Part shown: piece after piece, positions 1-8,149 of the stretch
Layout: the number at the start of each line of letters is the position of its first letter
How positions within the stretch are numbered: the first letter of the stretch is position 1
Source of the DNA: Eledone cirrhosa
Lineage: Eukaryota
Length of the DNA stretch: 64,000 bases
Assembly (NCBI GenBank): GCA_964016885.1
Contig: OZ024743.1
Coordinates: forward strand, 56,606,001 to 56,670,000
Direction: 5' to 3'
Made by a program: the position numbers and the translations under genes
The notes under the pieces: generated by a model
What the model was told of the DNA's origin: nothing
The model's input: the letters and a program-made list of their open reading frames with translations, nothing else
Databases searched by the model: none

Positions 1-5
1 GGAAT

Positions 6-126
6 TTATTGACACGTGTTTCAATAACAGTTACATAACCTGAAAACAGCTGCTATCTACAAAGTATTAGTTATGCAGACATTCAATATTTCAATGTTAT
101 TATCAACTGTCATTTCATCAGAATAA
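6..126 (-). ncRNA. Type I hammerhead ribozyme (Penelope-associated minimal/dimer type, with long stem II insertion)
   Basis: Minus strand reads TTATT-CTGATGA-AATGACAGTT-(72 nt)-AACTGTTATT-GAAA-CACGTG-TC-AATAA. Intact CUGAUGA and GAAA cores; stem I TTATT/AATAA (126-122 with 10-6); 10-bp stem II (114-105 with 32-23, one G-U); palindromic stem III ACACGTGT; GUC cleavage triplet (cut between + coordinates 11 and 10). Lies 3' of and co-oriented with the GIY-YIG frame. Confidence 0.8.
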
Positions 127-409
127 TTTTACTGAGGACCTGTTTGGTTTTTATAGAGAATATTAGGAGGGAGGGGTGAAGTTGTTAGAAGAATCGTTGA
201 GGGAGTGGTTTTTTGATAGCAGTGAGAATTTTTGGTGGCAGTGAGTAATTAGATTCCCATCTGTTCTTTTGACATTTTTATAGAATATATTATTGGTTAT
301 TTTTCTAAATCTATAGAAGGATTAGAGATAGTATAGATATGCATGGTTGGTTTTGTGTTTGCACTTAATTAACATTCAGACTTAAATTTTTCTTTCAAGT
401 GTACGTATC

Positions 410-651
410 CTTTCGCCCACGCATTCACACACAAACATATATGCACACCTCTACAAAATACATATACTCACATACACATACTTACATGCTCATACTTACA
501 TACATATACACATGCACACATATATATATACATATATATACACATATATACATGTACATACATACGCATCCATGTGTATACATTTTCATACTCAACTTAT
601 CTTTATATACACACGTATAGACACACACATATATACATACATACTCCAGTC

Positions 652-710
<59 letters not shown>

Positions 711-811
711 ACTTTAATAGATGAATACACTTACATCCAACTATATACATCAAACATATATATATATATTTACTTATTTATATACATTTTCACATATATA
801 TACATACATAT
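410..811. repeat. Degenerate (CA/TA)n low-complexity tract with a pure (TA)~25 microsatellite at ~658-707
   Basis: Directly visible CATA/CACA/TATA runs; it generates the spurious YI/HT-rich ORFs in the track. Confidence 0.95.
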
Positions 812-986
812 GGTCGCTTTTAGACACATTCATTATAGCATATTTGCACCTATTCTCATCAGCATATCTTTCCATTATTAGTGTGGTAATTTAAGGTTAT
901 TAATATACATATATATGTTGAGAAGAGATTGTTTTTATATTTTTCTAACTAGATTGAGGTTTATATAGTTGGGGGATGTCCCTCTT

Positions 987-1863
987 TTATGTACTATTCA
1001 GCTTGTAGTGGGAAAAAAGGGTTTTAGTTCGGTGACGGCAGAATAATGTTCGTTCAATTCTGTTATTCAGCAATTTCTTCTTGTGTGTGATTATGTAATA
1101 AATCTCAAGATTACACAATTTGCAGAAATTTTGGCTCCTGGAAAAGCTTTGGGTTTTAGCTAATTTCTCCCATTTTAGGGTAAACTTTTGATCGCTATTC
1201 CTGAGCGTCCAAGCTTTTTCTGCTAAAGTTGTTACATTTCTTTGGCTCTGGTGTTTTATTGAGCAAGAATGCCTATATAATCGAGATTTAAACGATGTTG
1301 CCGTTGATCCCACGTAATACCACTCGTTGCCTCCGGATTTAATGGTACACTTATAAATAATATTTTTTTCCAGGCAGTTATTGCCGAGGAGGCAGTTGTC
1401 AGGATAGGTGCAGTTACAGTTGTGTACGTTGGGTTTTCTCTGGAGTAGTATTGCGGACGAACTTAGGTGTGGTTTATTTATGTTCTGTAGTGTATTGTCT
1501 ACTGTTTTTTTTTTTTGTGTTCTTTGTACTTAAGTTTTTAGTGTTTTCGTTTAACCTTCTAGTATTGATCTTTTTTATGTGTTGTTCAAGGTTTAACGCT
1601 GTAGAGTATGACAGTCTTATAGTGGTAGGGTTTAGGATTTTGTGGTATTTGTGTGATGTAGGAAAATGTCTCTTAATTATTTTAAAGAAGAGTACTGGTA
1701 AATTTGTACTAATGGAACTATTGTATTCAGGGTTATACCATAAGTACTCTTTGCATCGCTTTCTATTAGTTTTGTTTCCACGAACCAAAGTATCGTCTTC
1801 CTGTCTTCCTCCGGTTGCAACGTTTTTTAAAATATTTACTTCTGCGTTCACAGATTGACTTCG
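987..1863 (-). pseudogene. Penelope-like element (PLE) C-terminal region: linker plus GIY-YIG endonuclease, frameshifted, no RT domain
   Basis: ORF 1474-1851 gives RKRCKEYLWYNPEYNSSISTN..F.KII.RHFP..HKYHKILNPTTIRLSYS..NL, the PLE post-RT segment. Manual translation upstream of ORF 987-1313 in its own frame gives NCNCTYPDNCLLGNNCLEKNIIYKCTIKSGGNEWYYVGSTATSFKSRLYRH (Cys-rich linker, then IIY...YVG = GIY-YIG motif and catalytic Arg), followed by CKLCNLE..I..LLNNRIE...CRH. The two frames differ by 1 nt, and a T12 run at 1505-1516 is the likely slip site. Confidence 0.85.
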
Positions 1864-1925
1864 TTAGTTTCAGAAGATCCCGTTTAGGGTGAAAGCAGCG
1901 ATTCTTTGCTTAAACTTTAATCTGT
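1850..1925 (+). ncRNA. Type I hammerhead-ribozyme-like fold with a variant core, antisense to the PLE frame
   Basis: ACAGATTGA(1850-58)..AGTTT(1866-70)-CAGAAGA-TCCC GTTTA GGGT-GAAA-GCAG cgattct TTGC-T-T-AAACT(1912-16)-TTAATCTGT(1917-25). Stems I (with bulge and 9-bp extension), II and III all pair. The core is CAGAAGA rather than CUGANGA, and the base of stem II is a T-T mismatch. Confidence 0.6.
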
Positions 1926-2140
1926 TATTTTAATAAATATTTGCTCTACGGTTCTTATATATTTGATATATATTTTCCTTATCGAGCCCTCTTTGGATTT
2001 TAGTCTTCAATTTTATTATTATTACTATATATATATCTTTAATACTTAGTGGTTGTTTCTAATGAAACCGAGGAATTTTCACTGGGTCAGCTAGCTACAA
2101 TAAAAAAAAAAATTAATAAACAAAATGAAAGAACATTATT

Positions 2141-2332
2141 TGGCAGTATCGGTAGAGGGTCGGACGCCATGCTTTCCAGCATAATTACGTCCCTTTATGA
2201 TCTGAGTTCAAATCCAGCCGAGGTTAACTTTGCCTTTCATCCTTACGGGGTCGATAAAATAAAGTACCAGTAATGCAGTGAGATAATTGCTGGCCTTGTG
2301 CCTAAAGTAGAAACAATTATTTTCAATAGAAT
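2141..2332 (+). mobile_element. tRNA-derived SINE with Nin/Deu-like central domain
   Basis: A-box-like TGGCAGTATCGG (2141), B-box GAGTTCAAATCC (2204-2215), then GCCTTTCATCCTTACGGGGTCGATAAAATAAAGTACCAG; homologous copies at 2333, 5712 and 5935. Confidence 0.8.
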
Positions 2333-2470
2333 TCTGAATTCAAATCCCGCCGAGGTTAACTTTGCCTATCATCCTTACGGGGTCGATAAAATAAATTACC
2401 AGTAATGTATTGAGTAATTGCTGACTTTGTGCCAAAAGTAGAAACATTTATTTTCAATAGAATTCTGAAC
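2333..2470 (+). mobile_element. Tandem partial duplicate (B-box to tail, ~132 bp) of the preceding SINE
   Basis: TCTGAGTTCAAATCC at 2201 recurs as TCTGAATTCAAATCC at 2333; body and tail (AAAGTAGAAACA..TTTTCAATAGAATTCTGAA) are repeated with a few substitutions. Confidence 0.85.
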
Positions 2471-2509
2471 ATTTCTTACGTTACATTTAACAAATAAGAA
2501 TATACAATT

Positions 2510-2590
2510 TACTCTCGGGTCTCGAGTAATCGCTCAATCGCCCCACACACACACCACTCATTAATTTTTCAGATTTCTTTCCGAAAATTT
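2510..2590. mobile_element. Terminal-inverted-repeat end of a TA-flanked DNA transposon/MITE
   Basis: TACTCTCGGGTCTCGAGTAATCG (2510-2532) is the reverse complement (2 mismatches) of CGATTATTCGAGACCCGAAAGTA (5499-5521); ATTAATTTTTCAGAT (~2560-2574) mirrors ATCTGAAAAATTAAT (~5467-5481). Confidence 0.65.
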
Positions 2591-2616
2591 CAACATATAG
2601 AGATTATTGAAACAAC

Positions 2617-2860
2617 TAATACACAGTGTATATATACACATTAGGGTATGTAGCAGTGTATATACAAACTAATGTACGTAGCCGTGTATATATATATATA
2701 CAAACTATTGAACGAAGCAGAGTATTTACAGAAACTAAGGTATTTAGCAGTGTATATACACACGCTAAGGTATTTAGCAGAGTATATACACACACTAAGG
2801 TATGTAGTAGTTTATATACATACACTAAGGTACGTAGTGATGAATAAACACAAACTAAGT
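2617..2860. repeat. ~30-bp degenerate minisatellite, about 8 copies
   Basis: Unit approximately CAGTGTATATACACACACTAAGGTATTTAG, recurring every ~30 bp (e.g. CTAAGG at 2735, 2765, 2795, 2825). Confidence 0.85.
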
Positions 2861-4514
2861 CTTCTTCTTGTCATATAATATATACACAATGGTTAGAGAG
2901 ACAGATTGAGATTAGTGAGCCAAACTAAGGCGTCATTTGTAGTATTATGGATTGTCTCCAGAATTTGGACTCATTCCTTGATCTTCGCCACTCTTTCTTC
3001 ATATCAAAGTTAATGTCTTGAAGAGTCTTCATTGATTCCCAGAAGGATTTGCGTGATTTCTAGCGTATGTTGAGAAGGTTTCCCCAGGTCTTTATGGATG
3101 GGAAGGCTGGACATGGACTTGGTAAGAAGTGCTACTTTGGGGATCATCTCTTGACGCAGCATGTAAGAAGGGGCTGAGAAAGGATAGCCAGCCACTGAGT
3201 AGATGCAGATTTCAGTATGCCAGATACTATCCTCATTGCCGAGCTGAGGATGGTGTCAATTTTCTTGGCATGGCAGCTCCCTGTTCAGACCGGTGAACAA
3301 TACTTTGCAACTGAGTATGCAAGTGCTAAGCACGCAGTTCGGAGAGTGTGTGCATCAGGCCCCTATCTGTTTCCTGCTAACTTGCGGATGATATTAATCA
3401 TGGCCTTAAGATTTCCGGTAACCCTCTTTAGGTGCTCTCAGTAGGTCAGGATGTAATCCAATGTTACATCAATATATTTGGGGTGTGGTTCATTTTTGAC
3501 AGGTCTACCAGAGAAGGAGACCTTGAGTTCCGTCCTAGCTTGTCTGGTGCTGAGATGGAAGACTGTCACAATGGTTTCGCTTGGGTTGGGCTGAAGGCGC
3601 TAGTAGGAGTAGTAGTCCTCCATCTTCTTCAGATTTTCTGTGAGTCTAAAGTTGGCTTTGTCAAAATCAGTAGATTGGGTAGCCAAGACAAGTTCATCTG
3701 CGTATGCAAATTTCCTCGATGTTGTCCTGGACATATCACTAACGTAGATGTTAAAGAGCATTTGTGCCAGGACGGAACATTGTGGGAGGCCATCATTTAG
3801 GATTCTGGTTGAACTTGTTTGACCTCCTAGTGACACTCTGAATCTTCTGGTACTGAGTATGGAGGTAAGGATGTTCACAGTTGCCTGCTACTTGATGGTA
3901 CGACATGCCTGCAGTATCATATGCAGAAGAGAGGTCGACCAGAGCAGCCCCTATCTTGTTATCACGTTAGTAGCCAGTCTAAATGAAAGTAATAAGGACG
4001 AGGACTTGTTCAGTGCGGCTCATTTGTGGTCTAAAGCCTGCTTGCTTCTTAGGCAGGATTAGTTCTACTAAAGGGCGAAACCTAACCAAGAGGAATCGTT
4101 CAAATAGCTTGTAATAGGTACAGAAGAGAGAGATTGGCCGGCAGCTTGCATGATCGTCTGCGGGTTTCCTGGGTTTCCGGATGACGATTACCTTGGCTTT
4201 TCTCCAGATCTTCTGGATAACTCCAGTTGAGTGGATAACTATGAAGCGAGAAGCCAGCCAGTCTCGGGCATTTGGACCGAGATTCTTAACGAATTCCGGA
4301 TAGAAGACATCAAAAATACATCACTTCGTTTCGCCGTTTCTGTTTTTCTTTTTTCCTTTTCCTTTCAATATGTAGGTAAAATAAGAATTAACTTTCTTCC
4401 AATACCATTTGTTATGAAGATGTTGTTCAATTTTGTTTTTGTGGAATGTTTTTTTATTTCTTCTTGAAATTCACTTTTACAAGCGGTGTAGTCCAGCCCA
4501 CGCCACCCAGGAAT
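2861..4514 (-). mobile_element. Degenerate, 5'-truncated non-LTR retrotransposon (Ingi/Vingi-like LINE) with reverse transcriptase remnants
   Basis: Minus-strand translation shows, in order: IPGW (~4503-4514), AKVIVIRKPRKP..CRPISL..YKLFERFLL..LPKKQAGFRP (~4200-4030), GLPQCSVLAQMLFNIYVSD and FAYADE (YADE at 3704-3693), LRTACLALAYSVAKYCSPV..HAKKIDTIL..MRIVSGILK, and C-terminal DALVWLTNLNLSL* (~2893), followed by a short (AAG)n tail at ~2861-2869. Multiple stops, frameshifts and internal deletions. Clade assignment is from motif recognition only. Confidence 0.8.
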
Positions 4515-4841
4515 ACGATTGCGAAACAAGCGGCCGACATCAGGTTCAGCCAAAGGGTCTTTGGAGTAACATTACCCGATTGAGTGCATAGGTCGGAGAT
4601 TAGAGAGTCGCTCCAGACAGGGCCGCTACTTCTCCGAATTGAGACAAAACCAACCGACAGGAGACCCACCGAGTAGACCCCGAGCGAGATGGTTAGATAG
4701 CAGCCATGAGCTCGGCTGGTCTCACTCATGGTTGCTTCTGACAGGACCCGTTAGAAGGCGTGTTTAAGGACCCTACCCTCATGACCCTCTCAAGAAGAAG
4801 AAGAAGAAGAAGAAGAAGAAGAAGAAGAAGAAGAAGAAGAA
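4511..4841 (+). mobile_element. 3' fragment of an RTE-like LINE with (AAG)n tail
   Basis: Plus-strand translation AADIRFSQRVFGVTLPD*VHRSEIRESLQTGPLLLRIE..KPTDRRP..PRARWLD..LGWS resembles the RTE ORF C-terminus (AAEMRFLRR..GVT..DR.R..EIRE.L..GRP..RW.D), followed by (AAG)~16 at 4792-4841. Confidence 0.7.
4792..4841 (+). repeat. (AAG)n microsatellite (retrotransposon tail)
   Basis: About 16 perfect AAG units; explains the poly-Arg ORF 4760-5020. Confidence 0.95.
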
Positions 4842-4990
4842 TTGTAACACATTGTGTCATGCCGAATCTTCTCAAGAAGTACGTTAAGGGTGCACATGTC
4901 TATGGAATGCTCAACCGTTTACATGTTAATTTCATGAGCAGGTTGAATCGACTGGAACACTCATCACCGGAAACGACGGAGGTCCAACGT
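4842..4990 (+). mobile_element. Probable 3' half of a SINE
   Basis: TACGTTAAGGGTGCACATGTCTATGGAATGCTCA..GTTAATTTCATGAGCAGG..ACTGGAAC..GACGGAG resembles, from recall only, the 3' body of an abundant octopus SINE, probably the family whose head is at 6356. Confidence 0.45.
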
Positions 4991-5136
4991 TTTATTTGTA
5001 AAAAAAAATGGGACGCATAACTGAGAGAAGTAGATAAAGATTGTTGGCCTAGCCTAAGGTGTTAAATACCCAAGTGCCAAAACTGGAGGTATAGAAACCA
5101 TATTGGTAACCGAGGAAGGATAGAGACTGAAGAGGA

Positions 5137-5521
5137 TACTCTGGGGTCTCAAATAATGGGGGGTAGTGAGGGTTGGACAATTGGTAATTTTTCTAGGTTG
5201 TCTCTGTTGATTTATTTAAAAAACCAGAATTAGTCATTTAGTTTACATTTTGAGACCCCCAACCCATCCTATTTATTTTATAACGTATGGAATTTCTAGT
5301 AATGTACTTTTTGTCATGTATAATGTGTTTTTTTTTTTGTTTTTTTAATGTAAAAAAAAAATTAATTGTTGCAGGAATGTTACCACTTATAATAAAATTA
5401 TGCCAAAGATAGATTAGCAAAATTTAATAAGCGGGGGTGGTAGTTGTGGAATAAGAGCGGGAGGGAATCTGAAAAATTAATAAGCGGGGCTGGGGGCACG
5501 ATTATTCGAGACCCGAAAGTA
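5137..5521. mobile_element. Putative ~385-bp MITE with imperfect terminal inverted repeats and TA at both ends
   Basis: Left TACTCTGGGGTCTCAAATAAT (5137-5157) versus right ATTATTCGAGACCCGAAAGTA (5501-5521); AT-rich non-coding interior; subterminal direct repeat TTAATAAGCGGGG (~5424 and ~5477). Confidence 0.6.
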
Positions 5522-5711
5522 TGTGATGTAGAGGGACAAGTTTCTAGTAGACTTGGCTGTTGGTAACCACCGACAAGGAAAAGAAGAGACAGGGACGAAA
5601 GATGATGAAGATATTTATGAGACGCTGATGTTATTTAAGGCGGCCGTAAGGTCTCGGAGGTTGTGTGGTACAACTTCTGGTTACATAATTGTATAACTGC
5701 TAATTTTAAAA

Positions 5712-5931
5712 GGGTGGTGGATTGGCAGTATAGTAGAGAGCCGGACGCCATGCTTTGCAGCACAGAGTTACGGCCCTTTATGATCTGCGTTCAAATCCCG
5801 TTGGGTTATCTTTGCCTTTCATCCTTACGGGGTAGATAAAATAAAGTACCAGTCACGCACTGGAGTCGATTTAATCGACTTTCCCCTTCCCCTAAATTGC
5901 TAGCTTTGTGCCTATATAAGAAACCATTATT
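5712..5931 (+). mobile_element. tRNA-derived SINE (same family as 2141)
   Basis: TGGCAGTATAGT A-box-like (5723), GCGTTCAAATCC B-box (5787-5798), GCCTTTCATCCTTACGGGGTAGATAAAATAAAGTACCAGT core, tail ending AGAAACCATTATT. Confidence 0.85.
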
Positions 5932-5934
5932 TAA

Positions 5935-6092
5935 GGCGGTCACCTGGCAGACTCTTTACGGCGTCAGATTTAAATGCCTCAGTATATGTTCCAGTTTACT
6001 GAGCTCTCAGTTCAAATCCCGCCGTGGTCAACTTTGCCTTTCATCTTTTCTAGGTCAATAAATTAAGTATCAGTCCAGTACTGGGATTGAAT
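5935..6092 (+). mobile_element. Second, more diverged tRNA-derived SINE, head-to-tail with the previous copy
   Basis: GGCGGTCACCTGGCAGA head, AGTTCAAATCCCGCCG B-box (~6009), GTCAACTTTGCCTTTCATC core; followed by a short (CT)n tract ~6093-6118. Confidence 0.75.
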
Positions 6093-6355
6093 CTTCTCTC
6101 TCTCCCTCTCTCTTTCTCACTGGAAGATATTCGCTGTTCCGACCTGAAGAGGGATGGGGTCAGCCAGGTTTAAAACGCTTAAGACACTCCGTGTGTTGCA
6201 GGAGACGGCGTCCCTACGACTCCATCAAGTTTTAAAGGCCCTCAGTCTATCTGTTGTTTAACCACTAAGTCAGCTTTAATGGGACATGGAATCAGAGCGT
6301 TCCATCTGTAACCATCCTGTTTGTTTGTATATCAGGTAACACCAAGTCTAGTAGT

Positions 6356-6425
6356 GCAGGCGCGTGACTTTGTGGTTAAAGGGGTCAGTTACGGTCGTAA
6401 GGTCGTGAGTTCGATTCTCTGCAAC
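6356..6425 (+). promoter_or_regulatory. tRNA-like SINE head with Pol III A and B boxes, directly abutting the satellite
   Basis: A-box-like TGACTTTGTGG (6365-6375) and B-box-like AGTTCGATTCT (6408-6418) at tRNA-like spacing, running into the first satellite monomer at 6426-6428. Confidence 0.75.
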
Positions 6426-8149
6426 GCGTTGTGTCATTGAGCAAGTCACTTTATTCCATGTTGCCCCAGTGCTGTGTCATTGAGCAAGTCATTTTATTCC
6501 ATGTTGCCCCAGTGTTGTGTCATTGAGCAAGTCACTTTATTCCATATTGCCCCAGTGTTGTGTCATTGAGCAAGTCATTTTATTCCATATTTCCCCAGTG
6601 TTGTGTCATTGAGCAAGTCACTTTATTCCATATTGCCCCAGTGTTGTGTCATTGAGCAAGTCATTTTATTCCATATTGCCCCTGTGTTGTGTCATTGAGC
6701 AAGTCATTTTATTCCATATTTCCCCAGTGTTGTGTCATTGAGCAAGTCATTTTATTCCATATTTCCCCAGTGTTGTGTCATTGAGCAAGTCACTTTATTC
6801 CATATTGCCCCTGTGTTGTGTCATTGAGCAAGTCACTTTATTCCATATTTCCCCAGTGTTGTGTCATTGAGCAAGTCACTTTATTCCATATTGCTCCAGT
6901 GTTGTGTCATTGAGCAAGTCATTTTATTCCATATTGCCCCAGTGTTGTGTCATTGAGCAAGTCACTTTATTCCATATTGCCCCAGTGTTGTGTCATTGAG
7001 CAAGTCACTTTATTCCATATTGCCCCAGTGTTGTGTCATTGAGCAAGTCACTTTATTCCATGTTGCCCCAGTGTTGTGTCATTGAGGAAGTCACTTTATT
7101 CCATATTGCCCCTGTGTTGTGTCATTGAGCAAGTCACTTTATTCCATGTTGCCCCTGTGTTGTGTCATTGAGCAAGTCACTTTATTCCATATTGCCCCTG
7201 TGTTGTGTCATTGAGCAAGTCACTTTATTCCATATTGCCCCAGTGTTGTGTCATTGAGCAAGTCACTTTATTCCATATTGCTCCTGTGTTGTGTCATTGA
7301 GCAAGTCACTTTATTCCATATTGCCCCAGTGTTGTGTCATTGAGCAAGTCACTTTATTCCATGTTGCCCCTGTGTTGTGTCATTGAGCAAGTCACTTTAT
7401 TCCATGTTGCCCCAGTGTTGTGTCATTGAGCAAGTCACTTTATTCCATATTGCCCTGTGTTGTGTCATTGAGCAAGTCACTTTATTCCATATTGCCCCTG
7501 TGTTGTGTCATTGAGCAAGTCACTTTATTCCATATTGCCCCAGTGTTGTGTCATTGAGCAAGTCACTTTATTCCATATTGCTCCTGTGTTGTGTCATTGA
7601 GCAAGTCACTTTATTCCATATTGCCCCAGTGTTGTGTCATTGAGCAAGTCACTTTATTCCATGTTGCCCCTGTGTTGTGTCATTGAGCAAGTCACTTTAT
7701 TCCATGTTGCCCCAGTGTTGTGTCATTGAGCAAGTCACTTTATTCCATATTGCCCTGTGTTGTGTCATTGAGCAAGTCACTTTATTCCATATAGCCCCTG
7801 TGTTGTGTCATTGAGCAAGTCACTTTATTCCATGTTGCCCCTGTGTTGTGTCATTGAGCAAGTCACTTTATTCCATGTTGCCCCTGTGTTGTGTCATTGA
7901 GCAAGTCACTTTATTCCATATTGCTCCAGTGTTGTGTCATTGAGCAAGTCACTTTATTCCATGTTGCCCCTGTGTTGTGTCATTGAGCAAGTCACTTTAT
8001 TCCATATTGCCCCAGTGTTGTGTCATTGAGCAAGTCACTTTATTCCATGTTGCCCCTGTGTTGTGTCATTGAGCAAGTCACTTTATTCCATATTGCCCCA
8101 GTGTTGTGTCATTGAGCAAGTCACTTTATTCCATGTTGCCCCTGTGTTG

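Noticed and set aside
399-730. Three overlapping ORFs rich in Y/I/H/T
   Set aside because: Translations of CA/TA microsatellite sequence.
1451-1858. 135-aa hydrophobic plus-strand ORF
   Set aside because: Antisense shadow of the Lys/Asn-rich PLE frame; no recognisable motifs.
2040-2095. Third hammerhead on the minus strand (CTGACCCA..hairpin..GAAAC)
   Set aside because: The core does not match CUGANGA, and stems I and III cannot be formed convincingly.
2616-2878. ORFs with 10-aa periodicity
   Set aside because: Translations of the 30-bp minisatellite.
3217-4467. Plus-strand ORFs 3217-3444, 3432-3800, 3859-4062 and 4231-4467
   Set aside because: Antisense to the decayed LINE reverse transcriptase; no independent coding evidence.
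4760-5020. Poly-arginine (protamine-like) ORF
   Set aside because: The Arg run is the (AAG)n retrotransposon tail.
6120-6350. Possible ribozyme or repeat fragment (CTGAAGA at ~6144)
   Set aside because: No matching GAAA core or stems were found. It is probably another repeat fragment, but I cannot assign it from the sequence alone.
6356-6430. Functional tRNA gene
   Set aside because: A/B boxes are present but no convincing cloverleaf or acceptor stem; it is followed by a SINE-type core, so it is read as a SINE head.
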